Shown: positions 30,162 through 39,959, counted from the stretch's first letter. The stretch is 64,000 nucleotides of DNA from Synechococcus sp. (GCA_047285535.1 JBJBDC010000001.1:1632136-1696135), one strand, 5' to 3'. Program-made: numbers and translations. Notes: generated by a model from the letters alone, not told the origin.

Positions 30162-33100
30162 ATGTCAAAACAACTTTTATTTAACAATGAGTTTTCTGAC
30201 GGCCTCTCTTGGTGGATCAATGAGAGTAGTCATTCAGCCACAGCAGAGATCGAGTTGAACAATGGTAATCAAAAAGTCAGATTGCAGCCAACAGTAGACG
30301 GAACAGCAAGGATCACTCAGCAGGTTGCAGTTGAAGGAAACACCCAATATCAATTGAGCGGAAATATATTTTCAGAGGGAGACTCATATGGATATATTGG
30401 CGTACAAGGATTTGATGGAGAATGGTCTGTAGAAACATCAGGAGACAATGTTTCAGGGGAATACAGGATCGTATTTACGACGTCAGCTGAGACTGAGTTT
30501 ATCAACGTTTTTGCAGAGGCCTATAAGCAGCAAATTGATCCCATAGCAATCGATGATCTCCAGCTGGTCTCAATGAAGGATGATCTTCATTCTGATGCTT
30601 CTAAGGACTCCATTTCCAATAGTCATGAAAACCATACAGGCGACCAGGAACCTGATCATCTTTTAACTAAAACCACAGAAAACAAAGTTTCAAATTCCGA
30701 CTTTTCTGCGAACTTATCTGGTTGGATTAATGAGAGTAGTCATACAGCCACAGCAGAGGTCGAATTGGTCAATGGTAATCACAAAGTCCGATTGCAGCCA
30801 ACAGTAGACGGAACAGCAAGGATCACTCAGCAGGTTGCAGTTGAAGGAAACACCCAATATCAATTAAGTGGAACTATATATTCGGAGGGAGACTCATATG
30901 GATATATTGGCGTAGAAGGATTTGACGGCAAATGGTCTGTAAAAACATCTGGGGATAATGTTTCAGGGGAATACACCATCATATTTACGACGTCTGCAGA
31001 GACTGAGTTTGTCTCCATTTTTGTAGAGGCCTATAAGCAGCAAACAGATCCCATAGCAATCGATGATCTACAGCTGGTCTCGATGAAGGATGATCTTCTT
31101 TCTGAGGTTCCACAGGACACCATTGACTCTAGCCAAGAAAACCATACTGGCGATCAACTGCCTAATCATCTTTTACGTGATAGCACAGAAAATAAAATTT
31201 TTAATGCTGACTTTTCTTCAAATTTATCTGGTTGGATTGATGAGAGTAGTCATACAGCCACAGCAGAGATCGAATTGGTCAATGGGAATCAAAAAGTCAG
31301 ATTGCAGCCAACAGTAGACGGAACAGCAAGGATCACTCAGCAGGTTGCAGTTGAAGGAAACACCCAATATCAATTGAGCGGGACTCTTTTTTCGGAGGGA
31401 GATTCGTATGGATATATTGGCGTAAAAGGATTTGATGGACAATGGTCTGAAGAGACATCAGGTGATAATGTTTCTGGGGAATACAACATCATATTTACGA
31501 CCTCTGCTGAGACTGAGTTTATCAACGTTTTTGCAGAGGCCTATAAGCAGCAAACTGATGCCATAGTAATTGATAATTTCCTATTAACCCCTATAACAAG
31601 CAGTCAGCCTATAGAACTTTCGGATAATGAAGAGGTTGATACCCCTGCCAACACTATACCCATTGAAAATGAAGCCATCAATGAATCAATAGGTATTGAT
31701 GAGCCACCAAGTGGAAATTTGGTCAAACAAGGGGATTTTGAAGGAAATTTTGAGGAGGACTGGACTCTGAGTGGTGGCGTTGATGTTGTTAGCGTTGATG
31801 GTAATAATGCTTTGGAATTAACGGCATCTGCGGATCAACCCGCAAGGATTACACAATATATTGAGGGACTAAAGCCAGAAACACTTTACACATTCTCGAC
31901 CCGTGTTCGCACCAACAATTCCTGGGCTTCTTTTGGAGTTGATCAAGGAGCCCAACATGCCAAGACCAATTCAGTCACAGGTAATCAGTGGCAAGAAAAA
32001 AGATTTGTTTTTTACACAGAATCTGATAGCAACAAGGTAAGGCTCTTCCTAGAGGCGTATCAAGGCGAAGAAGGTGAAGTCAATTTCGATGATGTTTCCG
32101 TCGTCGAAGGTGTTTTACCTCTGCCTAGTGCGTCATCTGGTGAGGGATGGGAATCTCCTCCTTTGTTGCCAAAACTTGTCGACGATGGTGATGAAATGAT
32201 TTTAAATCATGATTTTGCAGAAGGTCTAGACAAATGGGTGACCGATCATGCCAGTTGGACGGAAAGTGGTGAGCTGACCTTAACGGCAACTCAGGATGAA
32301 ACAGGAAGGGCAGTGCAGGATATTCCATTCGCACTCGCCCCTAATACCACATATACACTTCATGCTCGAGTCAAGGCGACTGGAGAAGGGGCGACCATTG
32401 GGATTACTGATCGCGATGAACTAACTGCCTCATTGCAAATTAATAATAGTGAATACAACGATTTAGCACTGTCATTCACAACTGATGATGAATATAGGAA
32501 AATTCGAGTTGTTTTAGAGCAATACAAGGGCTCGGAAGGTGAGCTCTCGATAGAGAATATTTCACTATTGGCAGAGGGTGGGGAATGGTTGGATACGCCG
32601 GAACCAATACCAGCAATGACCACTGATATTCTCTTTGACGATTTTAATTCTCCTCTGGATCCGCAAAAGTGGTTGGTGGTCGATAAAGCCTGGGGCGGTG
32701 ATAATGGTGGCCTGGTTCCAGAAAATGTCGAATTAAAGGATGGGTTGCTGTTGTTGCATGCACATGGTGATGAATACAATGGTGATGTAGTTGGTCATAA
32801 TGAACGCAAGACTCGTGTTGGTTCTGGTATTGCCACTCGCGATTATTATGCATCTGGACGGTATGAAGTTCGAGCACGCATTCCTGAAGACTATGGCGCT
32901 GCTTCTGCATTTTGGACTTTCCACTATATGGAGCACTTTCCCAGTGAGACAGAGTATTGGGAGGAACCAAGCCGTGTTCGCAATTCAGAAATCGACTGGG
33001 AATTCCCTACTGCTTTGCAAGATGGATCTAGCCATGACCCAATTTCCTTCGATAATGCCAGGTTAAATAGTTGGGGAGGAGAGCTTGGTGGTGAAGGTGC

Positions 33101-33899
33101 GCATCATCCAGGACGACTTCAAGTCATTAATGATGGAGAGTTTCATACATATGGTATTGATTGGCATAGTGGTGATGAAGCAACCACTCCTGCTGTGATT
33201 TGGAGCATCGATGATCAAGAAGTATATCGACATGAAGGCGTATCTTTTGGTCAAGACAATATCCCTTCAATAGCCTCCCGTTTTTGGCTAGGGATCTGGT
33301 TTCCAGCTGCAGGATACAAAGAGCTTATCGATGGTGAATATGTTGATCGTGTTGGATGGGCTGGCAATCCTAGCTTTGATGAAACGACGTTAGAAATAGA
33401 CTGGGTCCGTATCACACCTTTTAACGAAGGAAATGATCGTTGGCTTAGCGAAACATGGCCTAATGGCTGGTATGCCTTGCCACATGAATATCCTGATTTT
33501 GCTGCACAAACTTTTCTCCAGCCATTGACCGAAAGTCCTAAGGGAGATCTGCTGATAGGGACTGATGCGGTTGATATTTTTGAATTTAAGCCTGGTGATT
33601 CCACCTCTTTGCATATCGACCATATTATTGACTATACAATCGGATTAGATCGCATTTTGGGTTGGAGTACTGACAGTTCTGTTGACTACTTAGGTGAGCT
33701 TCAAGATATTCAACGAGAAACACTCACAGCACCTATAAATCAAAATGCTTTGGCCGCAAATGATGCAGCTAGCTTTACGGTGAATGAAAGAACATATTTA
33801 TTGATGAATGATAGTCAGCCTGGGTTCGACTGGGATAAAGACACTTTGATTGAAATTACTGGCTTTAGTGGTGACATTAATCAGCTATCAATAGGCTAA
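30162..33899 (+). CDS. Multi-CBM (CBM4/9-like) GH16 glycoside hydrolase with bluetail-like C-terminal domain
   Basis: Five NxxFxxxLxxW modules (first three are 510-bp tandem repeats), GRYEVRARI and EIDWE GH16 motifs, C-terminal RTYLLMND…DTLIEITG. Confidence 0.88.
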   Translation: MSKQLLFNNEFSDGLSWWINESSHSATAEIELNNGNQKVRLQPTVDGTARITQQVAVEGNTQYQLSGNIFSEGDSYGYIGVQGFDGEWSVETSGDNVSGEYRIVFTTSAETEFINVFAEAYKQQIDPIAIDDLQLVSMKDDLHSDASKDSISNSHENHTGDQEPDHLLTKTTENKVSNSDFSANLSGWINESSHTATAEVELVNGNHKVRLQPTVDGTARITQQVAVEGNTQYQLSGTIYSEGDSYGYIGVEGFDGKWSVKTSGDNVSGEYTIIFTTSAETEFVSIFVEAYKQQTDPIAIDDLQLVSMKDDLLSEVPQDTIDSSQENHTGDQLPNHLLRDSTENKIFNADFSSNLSGWIDESSHTATAEIELVNGNQKVRLQPTVDGTARITQQVAVEGNTQYQLSGTLFSEGDSYGYIGVKGFDGQWSEETSGDNVSGEYNIIFTTSAETEFINVFAEAYKQQTDAIVIDNFLLTPITSSQPIELSDNEEVDTPANTIPIENEAINESIGIDEPPSGNLVKQGDFEGNFEEDWTLSGGVDVVSVDGNNALELTASADQPARITQYIEGLKPETLYTFSTRVRTNNSWASFGVDQGAQHAKTNSVTGNQWQEKRFVFYTESDSNKVRLFLEAYQGEEGEVNFDDVSVVEGVLPLPSASSGEGWESPPLLPKLVDDGDEMILNHDFAEGLDKWVTDHASWTESGELTLTATQDETGRAVQDIPFALAPNTTYTLHARVKATGEGATIGITDRDELTASLQINNSEYNDLALSFTTDDEYRKIRVVLEQYKGSEGELSIENISLLAEGGEWLDTPEPIPAMTTDILFDDFNSPLDPQKWLVVDKAWGGDNGGLVPENVELKDGLLLLHAHGDEYNGDVVGHNERKTRVGSGIATRDYYASGRYEVRARIPEDYGAASAFWTFHYMEHFPSETEYWEEPSRVRNSEIDWEFPTALQDGSSHDPISFDNARLNSWGGELGGEGAHHPGRLQVINDGEFHTYGIDWHSGDEATTPAVIWSIDDQEVYRHEGVSFGQDNIPSIASRFWLGIWFPAAGYKELIDGEYVDRVGWAGNPSFDETTLEIDWVRITPFNEGNDRWLSETWPNGWYALPHEYPDFAAQTFLQPLTESPKGDLLIGTDAVDIFEFKPGDSTSLHIDHIIDYTIGLDRILGWSTDSSVDYLGELQDIQRETLTAPINQNALAANDAASFTVNERTYLLMNDSQPGFDWDKDTLIEITGFSGDINQLSIG

Positions 33900-34409
33900 G
33901 AAAGTAGGCCATTTACAAAATGGATAAATCAATTCAAAACTGCTTGTGAACTTGCTCAATGGAGACGCGCCGAAGTGATGCGCTGGCAAGAAAAGCTCGA
34001 CGAGGAAGAGTTCGCTGAGAGGTATGAAATAGAGCATGGCATCACCTATGGGTGCATTGAACAGATGCTGAGCTGTATCGACTAAAAATTTGTGCTCGAG
34101 CTATTGACCTAAATAGGTCAGCTGGATTAGCCAGTCCAGTCCTATGCCGTGCTGACGAAAACCTGGAGTGGTCTGAATGCTGATGGCTGATTTGTCACTT
34201 TCACCCAAATGGCAGATGTGGAGGTAGGGGTTCAGCTGCGATCATTGGTTAATTCGTGACAGTGAACAGCGACCATTGACCGAACATGCAAAATTCATCA
34301 ATGACAGCTAAGGCTTAAGTTCAATCATGATTGAACAGTTTTTCAGCAGCCAATCAAAAACACCGCTCGCGGCGGGGTTAGCTTTACAACTAAACCAGCG
34401 AATGATCAG

Positions 34410-34552
34410 CTAGCACGTGCAGCAAGCTTGGCTGGTGACTGATGAGCTGACGTGTAATCGATGACTTCTGAATGGGCAGCAAAATCACCCTAAACTTGAT
34501 GCAGGCGTTGTGACTTCAGCTCTTTTTCTTTAATCAGGAGGAGGGTATTCAT
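34410..34552 (-). pseudogene. Frameshifted copy of riboswitch-linked peptide
   Basis: MNTLLLIKEKELKSQRLHQV* then FAAHSEVIDYTSAHQSPAKLA in another frame. Confidence 0.7.
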
Positions 34553-34570
34553 GGGAACCACCAACAACAC

Positions 34571-34624
34571 CTCAAACCCTGTTGCTTATTTGAGATCGAA
34601 CTACGTCCCTTTGGAGGACCAACT
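34571..34624 (-). promoter_or_regulatory. Diverged glutamine-II riboswitch
   Basis: GTTGGTCC…GGGACGTAGTTCGATCTCAAATAAGCAACAGGGTTTGAG. Confidence 0.65.
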
Positions 34625-34818
34625 TACCTTGACAATCAGGGGAGTTCTGGGATTGCAAAGAGTAGGAACCGAATCCCGGCTGACGTTAAAACCGATCCCT
34701 TGGATTCACCAGTGGCATGGCTTGACGCGCAGAGGCAAGCCGTACATCTTCTAGCGGATAACCGATCTATGGAAGCAGGGAGTCCAGATCTAGACCTAAA
34801 TCATCGCTTGAGGTCTAC

Positions 34819-35067
34819 ATGACACTCACTTTCCGCGGATGTAACTACGAGCACCAAGCTCCAGCGACCGAAAAGCCTTCTGTGCAGCTGACCTACCGTC
34901 GCAGCCACTACCAAGCCCATCAACTACAAGCCTCATTCACTCAAGATCTTCAGGTACCCGCCGGGGGGTTCATTCGCTCTAAAAAGACTGCCGAATTGAT
35001 TGGCCTGTCATTAGAACCTTCCTTAACACATCATTTAAACTATCGAGGAGTTGAATACGTCAAATAA
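34819..35067 (+). CDS. DUF4278-like small protein
   Basis: Repeated L(T/N)(Y/F)R(G/R)xxY motifs (LTFRGCNY, LTYRRSHY, LNYRGVEY). Confidence 0.8.
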   Translation: MTLTFRGCNYEHQAPATEKPSVQLTYRRSHYQAHQLQASFTQDLQVPAGGFIRSKKTAELIGLSLEPSLTHHLNYRGVEYVK

Positions 35068-35285
35068 TCGCTACGAATACCAATTTTAGTGATTTCTAAC
35101 AGTGCAATAATGACATTGATTAAATATATTCTTCAAAGCCCCGGTCATTGCGGGGCTTTATTTTGCCATAGGGTCATTAGTGAATTAGCGCATTGCAGTC
35201 AGAACCTGAACTAGCTTTTGGCTACAGTATCAATGATGACTGCTCATTCCAAGACATTGTTCACCTACAACACTAAAAGAAATCC

Positions 35286-35531
35286 ATGACTGAAATCAAA
35301 AGAAATATACAAGACCAGCCAAGTCTGCCCCCCGAAAGATACATACAAGCAAAAACCTTCTTGGATAATGGGGTAATCACCGAGGAACAATTCCTAGAAA
35401 TGACCCGTGGCCAAGCCAATCTCGAAGAAGAGAATGACTCTCATATCTTAGCCAACATGCAGAAGACTATCCTGGACATTGACGCGCGGCTAAGGAGAAT
35501 GGAGATAATGATGACCAAGATGTCCAAGTGA
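35286..35531 (+). CDS. Small SHOCT-like protein
   Basis: AKTFLDNGVITEEQF motif plus coiled coil. Confidence 0.55.
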   Translation: MTEIKRNIQDQPSLPPERYIQAKTFLDNGVITEEQFLEMTRGQANLEEENDSHILANMQKTILDIDARLRRMEIMMTKMSK

Positions 35532-35747
35532 ACCCTTCTAAAATGGAAGCATTTGTGATTTTTCCTACAACATTAACAACCGCCTTGATACTGCTAAGCC
35601 TTTTTTTGGTCGCATCTAGTTGATTCTCAACTCAACACCTGGCCCAAAAAGAGTGAATCAATGAGTCATGTCTATTGTCAGGCAAAGAGAATGCCACACT
35701 TCTTGCATAAGCACAGTTACCAGTATTTACAACGATCGCAATTGAGA

Positions 35748-36080
35748 TCAAATGCTACTTTCTTTAATCAACTGAATTGCAGCATGAGCAATCGAGGACT
35801 TGTGATTCTTATACAATTCAGCAACTAAGTTTGCTGCCATCGGCGAAGTAGCAAATGGAATAAAAAGATCCAATTCTGGGCAATATGCAAAACAAGTGTC
35901 GATAGTTTTATACCCATTATTTTTTGATATGTGTTCTGCCAAAAGATGCACTAAATGAATTTTTGTCAAAGCCATTTCAATGTTGACAGCAACAGTGACT
36001 TTCCCGCCAGACCAGGCACCATCAAGAAGACCAACAGCAAACCATGAAGCAGCAGGAATGTCTCCACTCTGATCATTCAT
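35748..36080 (-). CDS. Hypothetical protein
   Basis: ORF of about 110 aa; no family recognised. Confidence 0.4.
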   Translation of the reverse strand: MNDQSGDIPAASWFAVGLLDGAWSGGKVTVAVNIEMALTKIHLVHLLAEHISKNNGYKTIDTCFAYCPELDLFIPFATSPMAANLVAELYKNHKSSIAHAAIQLIKESSI

Positions 36081-36484
36081 ATTGAGGATGCTTTTCAATA
36101 CTAGTATACTGCTGTTTTAATACATATAATACGACTCAGGGATAATCAAAAAAGAATTCAAAAAAATCCTGCTCGTGGCGGAGATGGTGAATATTTAGTC
36201 GGGAGATCGATAGCGACATCCAAACCCCTAGTTTTTCCTTAACGATGCTGGATAGCTCTTACCCAAATTGCTGCAAAGGTTGATGCGGATGCAAGTTAAT
36301 GCTGAGCTAGTTAATCAGTACAGATCGCCCAGCCATGAGCGGGTTTTTGCGTGCAATTGAATCGATAGGTCAGACCTTCGGATGATGGGCCCGACGATTG
36401 TCCATAGATTGGGAGTCGCGTGCTTCTATCGGTTCAAGCTCAATAGAAGCAGCGGCTCTAATCCTCTTGAGTGGCATAGGAGCA

Positions 36485-36541
36485 GAGGGATCGAATCCCT
36501 CCCTCTCCGTTACTCGATCGGTTCGAATCCGACCCTCTCCG
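36485..36541 (+). mobile_element. Two tandem tRNA-Ser-like 3'-end fragments (att scars)
   Basis: GAGGGATCGAATCCCTCCCTCTCCG and TCGGTTCGAATCCGACCCTCTCCG: T-arm plus acceptor 3' strand, no 5' tRNA half. Confidence 0.75.
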
Positions 36542-36685
36542 TCGAAGCAAATTGAGGGAGCTCAACCACTCAGGCAAAGACCAAGCTTTGGTAGAGCACC
36601 TACATGGCATTCAGGGCTTGAGCAAAGACGGCTGATTAGAGCGTGGGATTCATAATTATCAAATTGTTTGTAATGACTCTTGCTA

Positions 36686-36874
36686 TCACCACTCACTGAT
36701 CGGATAAGAGCGGAATGATTTCCTTGACCGATGCCATGGAAGGAATGCTTTCTGTCCACTCATATTGTTTGACGTCTGCATCCAATTTCTCCTAGGCATA
36801 TTTGGGTATGGTTGCCGATTGATGCCTCCGCTGACTGATTGCAGTTGATCGAGTGTGAGTTCGTTGTTAGTCAT
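36686..36874 (-). CDS. CCRG-2-type double-glycine-leader peptide
   Basis: MTNNELTLDQLQSVSGG leader; basic core unrelated to the 28911 peptide. Confidence 0.8.
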   Translation of the reverse strand: MTNNELTLDQLQSVSGGINRQPYPNMPRRNWMQTSNNMSGQKAFLPWHRSRKSFRSYPISEW

Positions 36875-37093
36875 CGTTTTGAGTAAGGATTGTGGAGGTC
36901 TCCCTCCGATGCACACACCATCGTCTGAATCAATCGGAGAGTTAATGTCTTGAATCAAGCAGCGCTGTGATCTTGCTCATAGGGGCCGACCAAGCCAGCT
37001 GCAGTCTGTGGTTTCTGGGTTTCTGACAGTTCATCAGGCACTAAAAAACCCCGCTGATGGCGGGGTTAGCGTTACAACCAAACCAGCTGAAGA

Positions 37094-37240
37094 TTAGTCA
37101 GACGATGAAGCAAGCTTGGCTGGTGACTGATGCGCAGAGGTGTAATCGATGCCCTCGGAATGGGCAGCGAAACTGAGCTGAGCATCAAGCAGGCGTTGTG
37201 CCTTCAGCTCTTTTTCTTTGATCAGGAGGAGGGTGTTCAT
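37094..37240 (-). CDS. 48-aa riboswitch-linked peptide, copy 2
   Basis: Identical protein to 14837-14983. Confidence 0.7.
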   Translation of the reverse strand: MNTLLLIKEKELKAQRLLDAQLSFAAHSEGIDYTSAHQSPAKLASSSD

Positions 37241-37258
37241 GGGAACGACCGACAGCGC

Positions 37259-37314
37259 CTCAAACCCCGTTGCTTGTTTGAGATCGAACTGCGTCCCTTT
37301 TAAGGGACCAACGT
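37259..37314 (-). promoter_or_regulatory. Glutamine-II riboswitch, copy 2
   Basis: Identical to 15002-15057. Confidence 0.8.
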
Positions 37315-37624
37315 GAATCAAGTTTAAGGGACGTTTGCAGATTCTCGAGAATAGGAACCGAATCCTGACTGGCGAAACAACCGAATTCAATCCCAATCAG
37401 CTCTCTGATGCAGAGCGAACTCCGCTTGGGAGGAGACAACCCACAAAGCTTGTCCAGCTGCGACACAGCACCAACCACTGCACCGGGATTGTTTTGCACC
37501 AAACCCATTCGTGCACTCTGCATCAATAAATGAATGGCCTGTGCAACTAACTCAGTCCTTTCAAGATTGCATTGATCAATATCCTTGCGAATCAAGGCAT
37601 CAGCCTGTTGCACAGTATTCAACA

Positions 37625-38314
37625 GGTCATCACGTGGCTATCGGAGCTCAATGTGTGGCTCACCCTGGCCATGGAGGCGGGCCTGTCACTATTGGGCCCG
37701 GGCCTCTGGCTGATTTAGCACGTCTTCAGCAGCTTCATCACCTACCTGATCCATCTTCCGCAGATGGCTCTCACACCCAATGCCGTGCCGGCGAACTGGG
37801 TGAGTGGCTAATGGGGCTGGTTCATCGGCTATGCCCCTTGATGGGGCTGTTCACCTCCAGCGTCAGCCGGGGTCGCAGCATCCGTGAACTGGGGCTGGCG
37901 GTAGCCATCCTCTGCCCGATCGTGACCAACCTTTGGTTCACCCTGCTGGGGGCACCGGCTTGCATCTGGAGTTGGCCGGAGGCGGCATCAGCGAAGCCCT
38001 CGCCGAAAACAGAGCCGCCGCTGCACTGCTGACCATCCTCAGCCAGCTGCCCCTGGCTGGCCTGCTGATTCCGATCGGCCTTGTGCTGGTAGTGCTTGTT
38101 CATGTGCACCAGCGCCGACTCGATGAGTTACGCCACGGCCATGGTGGTGAGCGGCCGCAACGAGCCCCCTGCTCTGCTACACCTGTTCTGGGCCTTGATG
38201 ATCGGCAGCCTCACCTTGGTGCTGTTGCACATCGGCATGGGCCTGGGGGACAGCACCTCCATCGATGCCTTGCAAGCCTTCATCGTGATGACCGCAGTGC
38301 TGGCCACCCCCTGA
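37625..38314 (+). pseudogene. BCCT (betaine/choline/carnitine) transporter fragment
   Basis: MGLFTSSVSRGRSIREL…LWFTLLG / FMCTSADSMSY…FWALMIG…DALQAF across several frameshifts. Confidence 0.8.
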
Positions 38315-38383
38315 AGCGCGCCACGGCTGGCCTGGAAAGAATGGCGGCGGGGCACGGTCACTCCGCAGTGATGCCGCTGCCAA

Positions 38384-39082
38384 TCAACGCAGGCAGTAAT
38401 CCAATATGAGGGTGAGGCTCTGACTTGGCTTGGGAGCCTCCGCAGGCTTGAAGCTTGCCGCCCCCATGCGTGCAGCGATTATGGGCTGATAGGTCGATCC
38501 ACGCTGGTCAATCAGCAACAACTCCACCTTGCGCAGGCCTAGAACCCGAGCGGTGAACTGAGCACGACGTCGTCCCGTCTCGAGAGCTTGTTTCAGCAAC
38601 TGATCCGCCAATGAGGCACGGCTATCACTCGACGCCAAAGACGTCATTCCCTGCAGTCGAACCCCCGGCAAAAGACCAGCGGCCTGGATCAGCGCGTCGT
38701 AATTGTCACGGCTCACCTCGCCCGTGATGGTGGTGCTCGCACGTTCCAGCCGTGGTCCCGACGTGCCTCCCCCAACGGCATAGCTACGAGGTGCAGGGAT
38801 CGTGAGCTGAGCCAGAGCGAGCGGCTGAATGACCTGACGCGCCTCTGCCAACCGGGCGTTAAGGGCGCGCATCGCAGCGTCCTTACTGGCATTTTCAGCG
38901 TCGAGCCCGAGCGAAAAACGAAAACGATCACTGCGGGTGGTGCCACGCTCATTCACCTGGATCTGAAGCAGGGTTCCATTGCAAACACGCTCTGCAGCCA
39001 GCAGCGGGAATGGCGCCAGGACATTGAGCCCGAGCAGAACGGGCGCGACGACCTTGGCAGCGCCCCAGGGTCGAGAATTCAT
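38384..39082 (-). CDS. SIMPL (DUF541)-like periplasmic protein
   Basis: Signal peptide; KDAAMRALN…LLKQALETGRRRAQFTARVLG pattern. Confidence 0.75.
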   Translation of the reverse strand: MNSRPWGAAKVVAPVLLGLNVLAPFPLLAAERVCNGTLLQIQVNERGTTRSDRFRFSLGLDAENASKDAAMRALNARLAEARQVIQPLALAQLTIPAPRSYAVGGGTSGPRLERASTTITGEVSRDNYDALIQAAGLLPGVRLQGMTSLASSDSRASLADQLLKQALETGRRRAQFTARVLGLRKVELLLIDQRGSTYQPIIAARMGAASFKPAEAPKPSQSLTLILDYCLR

Positions 39083-39836
39083 GGCGAACCTTCTGTTGAG
39101 ATCGCCATCCTGGCGAGCTTGGAGCGGCAAACCCTGCGCAACCATGACCGGCCTGTGTCAAGCCGTGACTGACCCGGGAGCTCAACCGTCGCGCTCAGAT
39201 GGCGACGGCGTACAGAGCAAAAAAACGACGCCGCAACCGCCAGGAGAAACGCAACTCCCGCAGCACGCGGACCATGACACCGCGCATCTCCTTACGCTCC
39301 TCCTCGGTCTGAGGCCCCGCTTAAACCCGTTGCGCAGCAGGCCGCACCGGGAAAAGACTGTTCCAGCTGACACCCCATTGCTACTGGGCAAAAGCTTCGT
39401 TGGAGCTGGCGTAAAAGGCCGAAACCCGGTCTTGAAGCGGTTGATCGAAGCCGGCAAATTTCTCCCGGGCCCCGAGCTGGATGTTCTGCTTGGAGGAACG
39501 GCCCGCAAGCCAACCCTCACCGCCCGGTTTCTCCTGCGGGGGATTGGTGGCGCGGTCCTTATTGGGAATGGGATTGAGTCTGACTAAAACCCCCGCCAAA
39601 CAGAAGGCTTGCGATTGATCGCTGATGTCAGAGGCCACCACGTCCCACGTCGAGATGACGTGTCCTCAGGGGTTGACAGATTTGGAGCGGTTAGAGGGGC
39701 CATGGCTGAATTGCATGGGTGCCGGTGAACCAGAAAGTGTTGCCACGGTGATACGCCTGATGCTGGCTCACATGGCGGTTCTCAATAAGAAGGTAATGAG
39801 CGCGATGGTGCTTGACCGCCTGGACATGGAGTTGGG

Positions 39837-39897
39837 GATGTCCACAACGATGTCCACGCCTCAGGATGTCCACCGGGATGTCCACCGGGATGTCCAC
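39837..39897 (+). repeat. Five GATGTCCAC direct repeats
   Basis: Starts at 39837, 39849, 39865, 39877, 39889. Confidence 0.9.
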
Positions 39898-39907
39898 GGC
39901 CCCCTAA

Positions 39908-39936
39908 GCAATAAAAAGCGGACCCTTGAGTCCGCT
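39908..39936 (-). terminator. Likely tmRNA terminator
   Basis: AGCGG(G)AC/GTCCGCT hairpin with TTTTTATTGC tail on the minus strand. Confidence 0.55.
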
Positions 39937-39959
39937 GCGCTGGAATGATTTAAGGGGGC

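Larger units (their letters stand above)
37021..37608. repeat. Repeat B copy 2
   Basis: Direct repeat of 14764-15355. Confidence 0.95.
1..39900. mobile_element. Mosaic genomic island (left boundary outside the window), ending just downstream of tmRNA
   Basis: Visibly AT-richer and gene-sparse versus 41-64 kb; many pseudogenes, internal duplications, tRNA 3' fragments at 36.5 kb; no intact integrase recognised. Confidence 0.85.

Noticed and set aside
1..39900. Intact integrase or IS transposase
   Set aside because: No ORF with recognisable tyrosine/serine recombinase or DDE motifs; only scars and remnants.
39182..39948. Overlapping ORFs between SIMPL and tmRNA
   Set aside because: Several competing frames, none with a recognisable family; cannot choose a real gene.
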